IMG/VR virus record: IMGVR_UViG_3300020037_002418
Length of the DNA stretch: 20,000 nucleotides
Origin: an uncultured virus (IMG/VR IMGVR_UViG_3300020037_002418)
Taxonomy: Duplodnaviria; Heunggongvirae; Uroviricota; Caudoviricetes
Strand: one strand, 5' to 3'
The notes beneath the pieces are model-generated. The model was not told the origin of the DNA, searched no databases, and was given only the letters and a program-made list of their open reading frames with translations. The position numbers were made by a program, and so were the translations under genes. Below, piece after piece: positions 1 through 9,679 of this stretch. Each line of letters opens with the position of its first letter. Position 1 is the first letter of the stretch.

Positions 1-84
1 GTACCGAGTGCGGTAATCGACCATCACGAGGTTGACCTCGTTGTCGGCATGAGCATACCCGCCATAGACCGCCACGGATGCCAT
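1..84 (-). CDS. 5' part of a hypothetical tail-region protein (runs off the window)
   Basis: ATG at 84-82 overlaps the TAA of the upstream gene (TAATG coupling); the frame MASVAVYGGYAHADNEVNLVMVDYRTRY is open to the window edge. Confidence 0.7.
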   Translation of the reverse strand, partial: MASVAVYGGYAHADNEVNLVMVDYRTRY

Positions 85-761
85 TAGAGCCTCTCGATTT
101 CTAGGCGACGTTGCAGGTCACTGAGAGCACGGGCGTGATCCTTCAGGAAGTCGAACTGGGCCGTGTGTAGCTGGGTATTGGCTTCAGCGAATTGGTGCAG
201 GCCATCTTCACCACCACCCGCATCAGAGCCACCATCTCCACCACTAAACCCACCATCCGCTCCACCTGCCGCATTAAAGGCCTCGACCTGATTCCCAAAG
301 GCCTCGATTCCACCATCGTCCTCACCGAGTCCCTCTAAGTCCGGTGCTGCTTCCTCCGTATGCGTTTCCGTAACGGGAATGTCCTCGGGAGGCACATCCT
401 CGGAGAAGCCAACTGAATCGTCAGGACCTGCCTGCTCAGGCTCAAAGGGAATGTCAGGTTGAGAGCCGCCATCAGCCGGGGTCGTAGTATCAAGTTTAGG
501 ATCACCTCCCTCAGACCCAACCGGCTGTGGCGGCTCATCGGAATCGTCTGACTCCTTCGCTAGCTTACCTAGAGTGCTGACTGTGTTATCGAGATCACTA
601 AGATCTTGTCCTTCATCATCGCCCTCAGGGAGCCCTTCCTCGGCGTCAGGTTGACCCGGGGCTTTCTCTTCAACAGGACCATTCGGACCCCATTCCGCAG
701 CCTTATCGTAACCAGCGTCACTGTCTGGCCCCTTTGTCGGAATGTCATCTTCTTGGTCCAT
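84..761 (-). CDS. Hypothetical highly acidic D/E/G/P-rich protein with a C-terminal amphipathic helix
   Basis: 225-aa ORF starting 3 nt after the tail tube gene stop; low-complexity acidic body, C-terminal ...LKDHARALSDLQRRLEIERL. Confidence 0.75.
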   Translation of the reverse strand: MDQEDDIPTKGPDSDAGYDKAAEWGPNGPVEEKAPGQPDAEEGLPEGDDEGQDLSDLDNTVSTLGKLAKESDDSDEPPQPVGSEGGDPKLDTTTPADGGSQPDIPFEPEQAGPDDSVGFSEDVPPEDIPVTETHTEEAAPDLEGLGEDDGGIEAFGNQVEAFNAAGGADGGFSGGDGGSDAGGGEDGLHQFAEANTQLHTAQFDFLKDHARALSDLQRRLEIERL

Positions 762-764
762 GAT

Positions 765-1712
765 TTATGCCGGATTTGAGTCAATCGTGAGCTCAAGCTC
801 CCTCGTGGAGCCTGTCATGCGGGAGACGTAGTTGCTAACCAGGTCGATCTCTTCCTTGCCGGAGACCACGGGGCTCTGGTTCACTAACTGAAGGACCCCG
901 AACGTCCAGGCAATGCTGACATTGCCATTAGTCGCGGTGATCACGTTGTTGCTCGTAGGAGACGAGGACAGGGCCACCGCATCTAGGGCAGCCGTAGCTG
1001 AGTCGTACGGATGTCGGGTCTGGAGGCTGACCTTGCGGTGCATCGGATACAGGATCGACGGCTCCACGCTGTTCACATACCGAGGACGCACATAGTTGTC
1101 GAGCACAATCGTGAACTGCTTAGTCTCGTACGCAGTATTAGAGATCTTGATAGCAGACGCCGTGTCTTCGAACACCATCGGGTAGAAGCTGCCGTCGGCC
1201 AGGGAGATGCTGGCTGTGGGTCCCGATGGGTTCTTCTGGTAGGCCAGAGCAATGATCGAGAGCTGGAGGATCAAGAAGTTCGGGGGGCCACCGGGGCCAT
1301 TCTGCGTGCCACGGACCACTGCCTTCGTCACATAGCAGGAGCTGAACTCGAACGTCGCCGTTACCTTGTCAATCAGAATTGCGAACGGCAGGAGAGCGTT
1401 TCCGTTGGTGGCGAAGCTGTACGTAGTAGAGACGGCCGTCTTACCCATGAAGTAAGGGGCCCAGGTAGCCATCTCAGCCGGACTGACGCCGAACGTGATG
1501 GTGCCTGAGTAGACGCTCGGTCCTTTACGGGCCCGCTCACCGTGCTCTGACCGGTCCCCTGTGATGACCATTGGGTGGACGACCGAGCCGATGTACTGCA
1601 TCGACTCCCGGTAGAACGGGTACGAGATGATCGTGCCGGTTGTCCAGTTAGGGACGCCAGCCCCATCTTTCAGATACAGCCTAGCTTTGGCTCCTTGAGC
1701 TTCCGATGCCAT
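765..1712 (-). CDS. Probable tail tube / major tail protein
   Basis: About 315 aa, beta-rich and S/T-rich; follows adaptor and terminator-like genes; GGAG upstream of ATG at 1712 (preferred to the TTG start at 1724). Confidence 0.6.
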   Translation of the reverse strand: MASEAQGAKARLYLKDGAGVPNWTTGTIISYPFYRESMQYIGSVVHPMVITGDRSEHGERARKGPSVYSGTITFGVSPAEMATWAPYFMGKTAVSTTYSFATNGNALLPFAILIDKVTATFEFSSCYVTKAVVRGTQNGPGGPPNFLILQLSIIALAYQKNPSGPTASISLADGSFYPMVFEDTASAIKISNTAYETKQFTIVLDNYVRPRYVNSVEPSILYPMHRKVSLQTRHPYDSATAALDAVALSSSPTSNNVITATNGNVSIAWTFGVLQLVNQSPVVSGKEEIDLVSNYVSRMTGSTRELELTIDSNPA

Positions 1713-1728
1713 CCATGGCTCCAATCAT

Positions 1729-2202
1729 TTAATAACTCGTGGGTAGCTCGCGAACCCAGCTTACCACAACCAATTGTCGGATGATGTAATTCGGCCACTT
1801 GTTGGGGTTGGTCAGGGTCTTGCCGGGCATCACGATGCAGACGTGCTCCTTGGGAGCCGTGGCGTCTCCAATCGTCACCAGGACCCGCTGGTCAGCGAAC
1901 CGCCTCCGGATCAGCTCGTACCACTGCATGACCTTATCGTCTGACAGGATCGAGTCATAGGACCGCATCTTCGCCAGCACGATTCCCACAATGTAACCAA
2001 TGTCTGAGGTCCCTACGGTGCCGTCGTCGTACTGCTCTCCCATGTCGATAATGGAGGCCCCACGATACGGATCTCCCGTCGGAGACAGCCAGTCCTCACG
2101 GATCGCTACCTCCGAGTCCACCAGCCCTTCCGGCTGAAGGTCCTTCACGATGGCTTCGATGGCCACCATGATCTGACCTTTATGGGAGATGTAGCTAGCC
2201 AT
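1729..2202 (-). CDS. Putative tail terminator / neck completion protein
   Basis: 157 aa between adaptor and tail tube; N-terminal helix followed by beta strands; translationally coupled to the upstream gene (TAATG); call rests on size and synteny. Confidence 0.45.
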   Translation of the reverse strand: MASYISHKGQIMVAIEAIVKDLQPEGLVDSEVAIREDWLSPTGDPYRGASIIDMGEQYDDGTVGTSDIGYIVGIVLAKMRSYDSILSDDKVMQWYELIRRRFADQRVLVTIGDATAPKEHVCIVMPGKTLTNPNKWPNYIIRQLVVVSWVRELPTSY

Positions 2203-3398
2203 TAGGGCTGCGTCCCTCCGGTGGTCAGGTCCGCACTGGCGGCGATACCTGCCAGGTTGTTCGGTTGGTAGGCCCGACCACCACGGTCTTCCGAGCGTTG
2301 ATCAGCAGCCATAGCAAAGATCAGAGCCCGTTCATAACGAGCCTCTCTCTGCTCCTGGCCCTTCCGGTCTTGGGAAGCGAACTTCGCCTCACAGCACCGC
2401 AGAAAGGCACTCCGCATGGCACCCGGCTCAATGTCGATCCGAGAGCTGATACGGTAGCCCGAGCCAGATAGCGTGGTATCCGCGTCCTGCTCTAAGGTCA
2501 GAGACGTCGTAGATTCCACACTCCGAATCACCCGCTGCATGGTGTAAGGATTCACTCGGTTCTTGTCGATCTCCCCTTGGAGTGAGGTCGGGATGGACGT
2601 ATCCCCGGTCTTCGTGAACCGCATCACGGCTCCCACCATATCCGAGGTGAAGCTCGTACTGGTGCCCGTGACGGTCGCAGACCCTGAGGTCGTAGCCACC
2701 GTTCCCACCGAGTACTCCAGCACCTTCAATGGCAGGGGCCAGCAGAGGGCATGGTACTGGTAAGTGCGGGCCGAGCTAGGAGACGGGGCAAAGTGGATAG
2801 CCATAGCACCCGCATACAGGTCACTGCGGTAGGCCGCATACATCAGAGGCTGGGCCGTGTTCCGCATGATCCGCTGCTCATGGAGGATATCCGAGGGCTC
2901 CACGCATTGCAGGAGCCGCCCAGGAGCGTTGAGGTCATGCACGTACAGAACCTCCCGGATGGTATCGGGAAGCTCGTACGTGTCGCGGGTGATGGTGTAG
3001 CTGGTACCGGAGGCGATATCAGCCGTTGGGCAGTCACCATCCCTGAGAATCACGACGGTGCTAGAGGTCCGGCTTTCAATGCTGTACCGGGCACCGGCAA
3101 TGTATAGGGCGTACTTCGTCACATCCGATGGCCACGTCGAGCTAGTCAGCGTGAGCGTACGAGACGACGACGTGTAGGCAATCGTCCCCGATGTCTGGCT
3201 GGCTACCGTGGCAAACGAGAACGTGCGGTAGTAGTACCGCCAGCTTCGGCGTACCGGGATCTCCGAATACGCCTCCAAGACAGCATCCCACGCCAACCTG
3301 CGGCTCCGGGGTGAATAGTCCCCGGCCACAACTTGATCGAGGGTGTAGTCGATGGCGTCCCATACGGTTAGGTATGGGGTATTGCTAGTTAGGCTCAT
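2202..3398 (-). CDS. Head-tail adaptor-like protein with two inserted S/T-rich beta modules
   Basis: N-terminal helices (..AWDAVLEAYSEI..RSWRYY), YELPD motif, 'IHFAPSPSSARTYQY' and C-terminal helices are typical of phage adaptor proteins; AAGGAG SD. Confidence 0.6.
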   Translation of the reverse strand: MSLTSNTPYLTVWDAIDYTLDQVVAGDYSPRSRRLAWDAVLEAYSEIPVRRSWRYYYRTFSFATVASQTSGTIAYTSSSRTLTLTSSTWPSDVTKYALYIAGARYSIESRTSSTVVILRDGDCPTADIASGTSYTITRDTYELPDTIREVLYVHDLNAPGRLLQCVEPSDILHEQRIMRNTAQPLMYAAYRSDLYAGAMAIHFAPSPSSARTYQYHALCWPLPLKVLEYSVGTVATTSGSATVTGTSTSFTSDMVGAVMRFTKTGDTSIPTSLQGEIDKNRVNPYTMQRVIRSVESTTSLTLEQDADTTLSGSGYRISSRIDIEPGAMRSAFLRCCEAKFASQDRKGQEQREARYERALIFAMAADQRSEDRGGRAYQPNNLAGIAASADLTTGGTQP

Positions 3399-3428
3399 GG
3401 AGGCTCCTTCCTTAGAGCGACTCCATTA

Positions 3429-4097
3429 TTAGGTCAGGACGGGGTGACCATGCAGGCGGAAGATGAACTGGCCAGCCGTGTAAGCCGCAGCCGTGTCACC
3501 CGTGCCTGCGGTGAGGTAGAAGTAGTGATCAGCGGTAAGGCTTTGGACCAAATTCTGGACCACAACACCTGCTACCGCATCGCCATTGTTAACACCGTAA
3601 GTCGTGCCACCGGCACCGTCATAGGCCAGTGACCCCGACGAATTGACCACGATGTTCACGTCATTGTCACCACCGGTCGGGGTCTCTACGCAGATCTGCT
3701 CGATCTTGAAGATCACACCGTTCGTAGCAACCACGTTGCGACCAATGTAGGCATTGCCGCCCGCCGACAGGCCAATGACGTCATTGGCGGTAGCCACGCT
3801 CGCCAAGCCTTGGAGATCGACTTTAATCTCAGTGATGATAATACCGTTCTCGGTGTAGCGGTACGTGGCTGGGGCCACGCCCGTACCAATCGCACCGGCA
3901 CCGTGTTCGGCGGTCACCGCCACGCCAGTTCGGCCAACTACACCGGTCATGAACTTACTAGCGTTCAGGGTCACGGCTTTCGACGCCTCGGCAGTTCCGA
4001 GAGTAGCCACGTTGTAGATGTTGAGGAACTCGGTCGCGGCCCCTTGATTAGCAAGACCTTTAGCGAGGTGGCTGGTGAAATTACGAGAGAACGACAT
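3429..4097 (-). CDS. Putative virion structural protein (G/A/T/V-rich, beta-rich)
   Basis: 222 aa from ATG 4097 with AAGGA SD; composition and position in the morphogenesis operon. Confidence 0.55.
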   Translation of the reverse strand: MSFSRNFTSHLAKGLANQGAATEFLNIYNVATLGTAEASKAVTLNASKFMTGVVGRTGVAVTAEHGAGAIGTGVAPATYRYTENGIIITEIKVDLQGLASVATANDVIGLSAGGNAYIGRNVVATNGVIFKIEQICVETPTGGDNDVNIVVNSSGSLAYDGAGGTTYGVNNGDAVAGVVVQNLVQSLTADHYFYLTAGTGDTAAAYTAGQFIFRLHGHPVLT

Positions 4098-4138
4098 GGG
4101 TCGGAATCCTTTCCGGTGGTGACAGCAGCCCAAGCCGC

Positions 4139-4876
4139 TTAAACAGGCGACTTAACCTTGGCTGGCTTTGTCTTGCTGGGACCGTGCTTCGCCAAAACCA
4201 TAGCTCGTAGCTCTGACTTTGACTTAGACTTCAGCTCCGGATTGGATCGTACCATATCCACGGCCTTACGCCTAACCAGATCCGCTCCCATGGGGGTGCA
4301 GTTCTCGTCAGCTAATTCATCCCGTTCAGGCTCTCGGTGGTTGGTACTGACCGCCCCATCGCAGGCCCAGCCCCGCTTCTCACAGAGATTCTTGATATAA
4401 CTCCGGGCACCACCAAATGGCACTACCGCCTCGGGGTCCCCTACGAACCGGGCCAGCTCGGGCATGTACTCGTCATTGGGTTTCAGGTTCACCCCTCGCT
4501 TGGCGAGCTGCTGCTTGACGTTGTTGATGTAGGTGTTGTTCTTTTTGCTACTGGGGTCTCCGAAGACTTCGTGCCAGGGCTTTCTTCCGGCCCAGAAGGT
4601 GTCGGTGGTTTGGAGTCCGGGAGGGGCTTGAAGACATAACATCGTCGCCCATCTATCACCACACTTCTTATCCTCCCTGCGGATTCGCACATAGATCGCC
4701 CCTCTCGTGACGTGGCCACCGCACTCCACGACTAGCTCCCCGCAGCGTGCCAGAACATCCGAGCTGACATTGGGGAACTCCTTGAGGATCTCCTCGGGCA
4801 TTGGCGGGTACACCACCAAGTCCACATAGGGTCGCCAGTCTTCGTTGTCTTTGAGCCAGACATCTATCCGTTTCAT
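4139..4876 (-). CDS. Hypothetical protein downstream of portal
   Basis: 245-aa ORF; ATGA overlap with the portal stop; basic C-terminus. Confidence 0.75.
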   Translation of the reverse strand: MKRIDVWLKDNEDWRPYVDLVVYPPMPEEILKEFPNVSSDVLARCGELVVECGGHVTRGAIYVRIRREDKKCGDRWATMLCLQAPPGLQTTDTFWAGRKPWHEVFGDPSSKKNNTYINNVKQQLAKRGVNLKPNDEYMPELARFVGDPEAVVPFGGARSYIKNLCEKRGWACDGAVSTNHREPERDELADENCTPMGADLVRRKAVDMVRSNPELKSKSKSELRAMVLAKHGPSKTKPAKVKSPV

Positions 4877-7302
4877 GCGGCTTTTCCTGGTTTGGGTTTC
4901 GTAGCAGCCATCTTCTTAGCCGTATCTACCTTAGCCTTCGACTGCTCTTTGGTGGTGTCGATCTTAGTCTTAGCCTGGGCCTTGGCAACAGCCACCTGAG
5001 TGGCACCCTGCTCCCGCTGCATCGCCATTTGCTGCTGACCCATCTGGATCTTCTGGGCACCCTCAGCAGTCTTCACAGCCATATCCACCTGACCCTGCTC
5101 TTGCTGCATCTGGATGTTCTGCTGATGCTCCTGCTGAGCCATCTGCATTTCCATCTTCTTCTCTTGGATCTTGAGCTGCATCTCCACCATTTTCATCTGG
5201 AGTTCAGCCTCCATCTTCTTCAGCTCCATCGCCATTTCCTGCTGGCTCTGTTGCTGGTCCATCTGCATCTTCTGTTGGTCCATGGCTCCCTTCATCTGGA
5301 GCTCCTGCTGCTTTAGGGCAGCGGGATTAGCTTGGGCCTCGGATTGGAGTTTGACGGCCTCCGCTTGCACCTTCTGAAGTTCCGCCTGCTGCATCTGCGT
5401 TTGAAGCTGTGCTTCCGGGCTGTTCTCGTCCTTAGGCTGGAAGAAGAGACCATCCAAGTCCATATCATGCAGCTCCCCATACTTCTTGAGGAGACCGTTG
5501 ATCGGCTCCCAGTCACCCGTCAGCTCAGCACGCTTGCTGGCCTCGGGCAGGAATCGACCCATGAGTTCGTTGAGATCCGCAATGTCTCGGTCTCGGTTCG
5601 GACGGCGGACAGAGCTGGCGGCCACCTCATAGTGCATCTGCCGCATCACGCTCTCGGCATCGGCGTTCTCGATGTGCTCCTTCCAGAGCATGGCACCGGC
5701 CTGACCTAGGAGCGGCACAACGTCGGGAGCCTTTACAAACAGCCAGGTGAGCATGGCCTCAACACCAGCAACTCGGCTTTGCCAGCCCACAACCTTCTTT
5801 TGCATATATTCTGGGCGAGCACTAACAGCCGATTTTCTAGCTTCCGTCGTTGACGCTGTGCGGTCTTGGGTGCCGTCTTCGTTTTGGCCATAGACGAAAG
5901 GGGTCATCCCCATCCTTTTATCGAAGTTGTTACTCAGGATATCCAGAACCTGCCAGGAGTCTCGGTTGACCTCTTTGTTCTCAATGATTTGGATCATCTT
6001 CTTGACGTCATCCACCGAGCCGGGAGGCAGGGCGAATACATCCAAGTCGGCCCCGTCATCGAGGACCTTCTTGATGTCGTCATAGTACTGACCCAGGACC
6101 GCGTACATCTGGCGGCTAGACTGCCAGGTACGGTTCACCAGCCATGAGACGATGGCGTTCATGGCCTTCAGCTCACCCAAGGCGGGGGCCAAGGGGGCTA
6201 TGGGGTAGGCACTTTCCGGATCGTCGTAGAAACGAAGGACTTCAACGGGCCAGCGGTCATCGGTCCAGAGCGGGACCGGCCACTCGAAGGACTGCCGCAC
6301 TTCCTCCGACGTCGCTCCATTGCGGATCTTGTCTGCTGGGCAGTTGAGTGGGTAAGGGCAGTCTGGGCAGATCGCCAGATATGCATAGTCACCGACGGTC
6401 TCCTCTAGTTGATTCTTGATAATGCTGGGCATCCCGGTCATACGGGCCCCGGTGCCGAGCTTACTCCAGACCTCATACCACACGATCAGGTCACTGGTCT
6501 TACCGGCCTTCCGGTCGGCACCACCGTCCCCTGAGCTACTAGCCAACTCCGCATAGTGCCACGAGGACTCTAGGGTGGCCTTGTTCTTTAGGGAGCCGGG
6601 TGGCAGCTTGAACCGCCGCTCGACTTGCCAGTGGGCCTCCGTGTGGCGGAGAGCAATCCACTTGGCTTCCTGCATGGTCTTGAAATCAGGGTCGATGATC
6701 AGGTCACCAGGCGGCTTCCGGAAGCAACCAGTGAGCGTTCTCTCAGAGCCGGGCATCGAGTAGGGGGCCGGCCACATACAGCCCATGCCAGTGAGCATAG
6801 CGTCGAGAACAGCCAGTTCGTTATGACCTTCGAGTCCATTGCCAGGCATTTCCCGAGGCGTGTAATTCAGCCACCCCGTCAGGAGCTGAGCCACTACCTT
6901 GTCCTTCGATGCCTCTTGGGCTGCCATCTGCATGACAACCTGATACATCTGGGGATCTGGGAAGGCGTCCTGAGGAAGCTCTAAGATCTTCTTCGGGGTG
7001 ACTGTCCGATGCGGGACATCCCACAAGAGGTTCGGGCCAAAGACAGCCACGAACTCAAAAGCCTTGTTGATGGTGACTCGGAACCGGGGAGCCTTCACGC
7101 CCCTCCAGAACTTCTTGGAGTAGAGCGGGTCCCACATGGCGGCAGCCGACTTCGAGTAGAACATCATGCACTCGTCGGCCACCTCCTTCCACTTCTTGCG
7201 GGGCTGAGACGTCAGGGCCATCTCGATCTTAGAAAGCCAGCCCGAGCACAACGGACGTAGGAATTGGTAGTCCGTGTCTTCGATATCGCCTAGATCGAGC
7301 AT
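4873..7302 (-). CDS. Portal protein (P22-like, with long Q/M-rich C-terminal coiled coil)
   Basis: 809 aa two genes downstream of TerL; 'DLIIDPD..AKWIALRH' and 'GQ..DRTASTTEARKS' resemble podoviral-type portal motifs; Q/M/E/K-rich helical tail. Confidence 0.8.
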   Translation of the reverse strand: MLDLGDIEDTDYQFLRPLCSGWLSKIEMALTSQPRKKWKEVADECMMFYSKSAAAMWDPLYSKKFWRGVKAPRFRVTINKAFEFVAVFGPNLLWDVPHRTVTPKKILELPQDAFPDPQMYQVVMQMAAQEASKDKVVAQLLTGWLNYTPREMPGNGLEGHNELAVLDAMLTGMGCMWPAPYSMPGSERTLTGCFRKPPGDLIIDPDFKTMQEAKWIALRHTEAHWQVERRFKLPPGSLKNKATLESSWHYAELASSSGDGGADRKAGKTSDLIVWYEVWSKLGTGARMTGMPSIIKNQLEETVGDYAYLAICPDCPYPLNCPADKIRNGATSEEVRQSFEWPVPLWTDDRWPVEVLRFYDDPESAYPIAPLAPALGELKAMNAIVSWLVNRTWQSSRQMYAVLGQYYDDIKKVLDDGADLDVFALPPGSVDDVKKMIQIIENKEVNRDSWQVLDILSNNFDKRMGMTPFVYGQNEDGTQDRTASTTEARKSAVSARPEYMQKKVVGWQSRVAGVEAMLTWLFVKAPDVVPLLGQAGAMLWKEHIENADAESVMRQMHYEVAASSVRRPNRDRDIADLNELMGRFLPEASKRAELTGDWEPINGLLKKYGELHDMDLDGLFFQPKDENSPEAQLQTQMQQAELQKVQAEAVKLQSEAQANPAALKQQELQMKGAMDQQKMQMDQQQSQQEMAMELKKMEAELQMKMVEMQLKIQEKKMEMQMAQQEHQQNIQMQQEQGQVDMAVKTAEGAQKIQMGQQQMAMQREQGATQVAVAKAQAKTKIDTTKEQSKAKVDTAKKMAATKPKPGKAA

Positions 7303-7331
7303 CCTTGCTCACCCCCTAAAAGAAGTACATT

Positions 7332-7347
7332 CGGCCTGCGTAGGCCG
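7332..7347. repeat. Intergenic palindrome CGGCCT-GCGT-AGGCCG (copy 1)
   Basis: Perfect 6-bp inverted repeat; near-identical copy at 16737-16752. Confidence 0.8.
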
Positions 7348-7354
7348 TTTTGAC

Positions 7355-7819
7355 CTAGACTTCAACAGTGGCCTTCTTCTTGGCCTTGCCTAGTTTCTCC
7401 TCGATGAGGATGGCTCGCTCTTCCGCCTTCTTAGCAAAGGCCTTAGCGGCATCCTTCGCCTTCTGTTCGGCTTCGATCAGGGCGTTCTCCCGTTTAGCCA
7501 ACTCCGCTTCATGCACTTCATAGGCATCAGCCGGGGCCTCACGGGGAAAGCTCCACGAACCGCTGTTCTTGGTGGTCTCGTTGGGCTTGTCGTGAATCCA
7601 GTGGGTAGTGTGGTGACAGCCCGCCTTGTGCTGGAGCATCCCATTGAACGGGTAGACAGTGACCTTAATGCGGCCAGGTCCTTCTACCTCCGATACGATA
7701 GCGGGAGCGGCGTTCCGCTTGTCCCCATAGGCGTGGTAGATAACGCCATCACTGACTTTCGGGGTCGGCTGGAGCCTCTGTCGCTGTTCCGCTAACTGGT
7801 TCCACACTTCGCTGCTCAT
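7355..7819 (-). CDS. Hypothetical protein (small beta domain plus K/A/E-rich helix)
   Basis: 154 aa from ATG 7819 with AAGGA SD; 'APAIVSEVEGPGRIKVTVYP' beta motif; ends in TAG. Confidence 0.7.
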   Translation of the reverse strand: MSSEVWNQLAEQRQRLQPTPKVSDGVIYHAYGDKRNAAPAIVSEVEGPGRIKVTVYPFNGMLQHKAGCHHTTHWIHDKPNETTKNSGSWSFPREAPADAYEVHEAELAKRENALIEAEQKAKDAAKAFAKKAEERAILIEEKLGKAKKKATVEV

Positions 7820-7912
7820 CGGATTCCTTTCCTGAAACCTCGTATCCTTCACTCATGGCGTAAATGATGAAGGGTGTTAAAAACTGAAAGTCTTCTTCTA
7901 GCCAGATTGCAC

Positions 7913-9679
7913 TCATACTGACTGTCCCGGCCCCATGTTCACGTAACCGTCGGTCTCTTTCTCTAGCTCAGCCTTAAGCTGCTTGGCAGCGTGGTAGGCC
8001 AGGCTCCCCGTACTGCGATAGCTATCCGGTGGAATATAAGCTATCCCGTCACGGAACCGACCATAAATATACTCGCTCAGGTACTCAACAGCCATTACGC
8101 AGTCGTACAGCCGCTCAGCCTGACCGTCATCCGTGGGCACCGGATTCCCTTCCGGGTCCTTCACCACTGCCTTCCGGAAGGCCCGGATCTCTTTCATGGT
8201 GGACGGGCAGCGGTAGGAGAACATCAGCCGGGGCCAGCCATTCTCGGTTGGCTCCATGAGATCCCGAACCGTTCTCCGTCGCAGGGCCTTATCGTTACAG
8301 CCCCGCATGAACCCACTATTCGTGGTTCTGCTAATGAGCCCCCTAGTCCTAAACTCTCGCTCGTAGGCTGCGAAGACGGTGACGTCCGAGGCTACGGTAG
8401 TCTGCCGGCCGATCATCTGATCCATGATGAAGGCTTCGAAGCGGAACCCACCTACCCGATCCTTGACGGCATCAGCCAGCATGGCGGGGGTGTACTTCCG
8501 GACGATGATCTCTTCTTCAATGATCAGGCGGTTCCCTAGGTCGAGCTCCTCGGGAGGCGGCACCACCCCAATCAGGCAGGCTGTCCGGGTATGGCTGGGG
8601 TCGATGACTAGGTACCGGGTCCAGTGCGGGGGGAACCGGGTCGGGTCATTGGTCAGCATGTTGCAGAGCGTCTGGTGCGGATTCTCTGGCTTCTCGACTT
8701 GCTTAGGCCGGACCTCGTGGATCGCTGCCCCGAAGTTGTACATCTGCCGGCCGCTGATGAACGAACTGATATCGCCCTGGTTACGGTGGGCCTCGTCATC
8801 GTCATCGTCCATACGGGCCAGCATCTGCTGGATACCCTTACGGTCGGAGTAGGGATTGTCGGAGCCAATGAGCCGGAAGACTTCGATAGGCTTCTCGGGG
8901 TTGTCCTTCTCCCGCTCCGCCCGGTCGAGCGTCTTGATCAGGGCCTCGTTCGCTACCTGGGGCCACACGGACCACAGGAACCAGCCGCACGTTGTCGCGA
9001 GACGGTCCTGCCATTCCTTTAAGAACGAGCTCTTCTCAATGTCTTCGTCTATCCAGATCCCGTCTACCGCATCACCCTTCTTCGGGGCGTCGCCGGTACT
9101 CGGATAGGCACAAATCGTCACCCCATTCTTGAGACGGACTGACCGGAAGACGTGGCCCGCCGCACTCTCCATGTGCCAGGAGCCGGGCTCGATCATGTGC
9201 TCCCCAAAGAGAGGCGGTGATAGCTCACTGTCGTTGTATCGCTCCCGGTCATAGTTCGGGTTATAGGCCCGCCACTTGTGAGTCTGGAGGTCCTGGATGA
9301 TCCGGAAGTTGGCACCGTCCCCGAGGCCAGGAGAGAATAGGCGGTGATAGAGGGTTTGGCCAATGTGATTGACGTCATACCCAATCACCCAATACAGACC
9401 AGGGTTGCGTTTAGATGGGGCACGGAAGCGGAGCGGGATCTTAGTTCCGTCTTGACGGGTAATAGGGATGCCAAGAATGCGGCTTCCCAGCTCTAAAACC
9501 ACACTCAACGTTTTTCCTGACCGCTTCCCACCAATTGTGAGGACTTCAGACGCCGGAGATTCGTGTACGGGGAGCTGGAACTCAGTAGGACGGTAGACCT
9601 CCAGTGGATGCTTCTCGTACTGTTCCAGGGCATGGATGCCCTTTTGGATATCAGCGAGTTGGTGCTTAAGGTTGGCCAT
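7913..9679 (-). CDS. terL: Terminase large subunit
   Basis: Q motif (TEFQ), Walker A GGKRSGKT, Walker B IWIDE, RNase H-like nuclease YLVIDPS...IMD...D; 588 aa. Confidence 0.92.
   Translation of the reverse strand: MANLKHQLADIQKGIHALEQYEKHPLEVYRPTEFQLPVHESPASEVLTIGGKRSGKTLSVVLELGSRILGIPITRQDGTKIPLRFRAPSKRNPGLYWVIGYDVNHIGQTLYHRLFSPGLGDGANFRIIQDLQTHKWRAYNPNYDRERYNDSELSPPLFGEHMIEPGSWHMESAAGHVFRSVRLKNGVTICAYPSTGDAPKKGDAVDGIWIDEDIEKSSFLKEWQDRLATTCGWFLWSVWPQVANEALIKTLDRAEREKDNPEKPIEVFRLIGSDNPYSDRKGIQQMLARMDDDDDEAHRNQGDISSFISGRQMYNFGAAIHEVRPKQVEKPENPHQTLCNMLTNDPTRFPPHWTRYLVIDPSHTRTACLIGVVPPPEELDLGNRLIIEEEIIVRKYTPAMLADAVKDRVGGFRFEAFIMDQMIGRQTTVASDVTVFAAYEREFRTRGLISRTTNSGFMRGCNDKALRRRTVRDLMEPTENGWPRLMFSYRCPSTMKEIRAFRKAVVKDPEGNPVPTDDGQAERLYDCVMAVEYLSEYIYGRFRDGIAYIPPDSYRSTGSLAYHAAKQLKAELEKETDGYVNMGPGQSV

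Noticed and set aside
4900..5420. Tandem DNA repeat in the portal 3' region
   Set aside because: Recurring CAG/ATG codons simply reflect the Q/M-rich coiled coil; there is no fixed-period unit.
7846..7873. Terminator between terL and the 154-aa gene
   Set aside because: A bulged AT-rich hairpin (ccttca-c-tcat/atga-tgaagg) exists but has no U tract on the minus strand.
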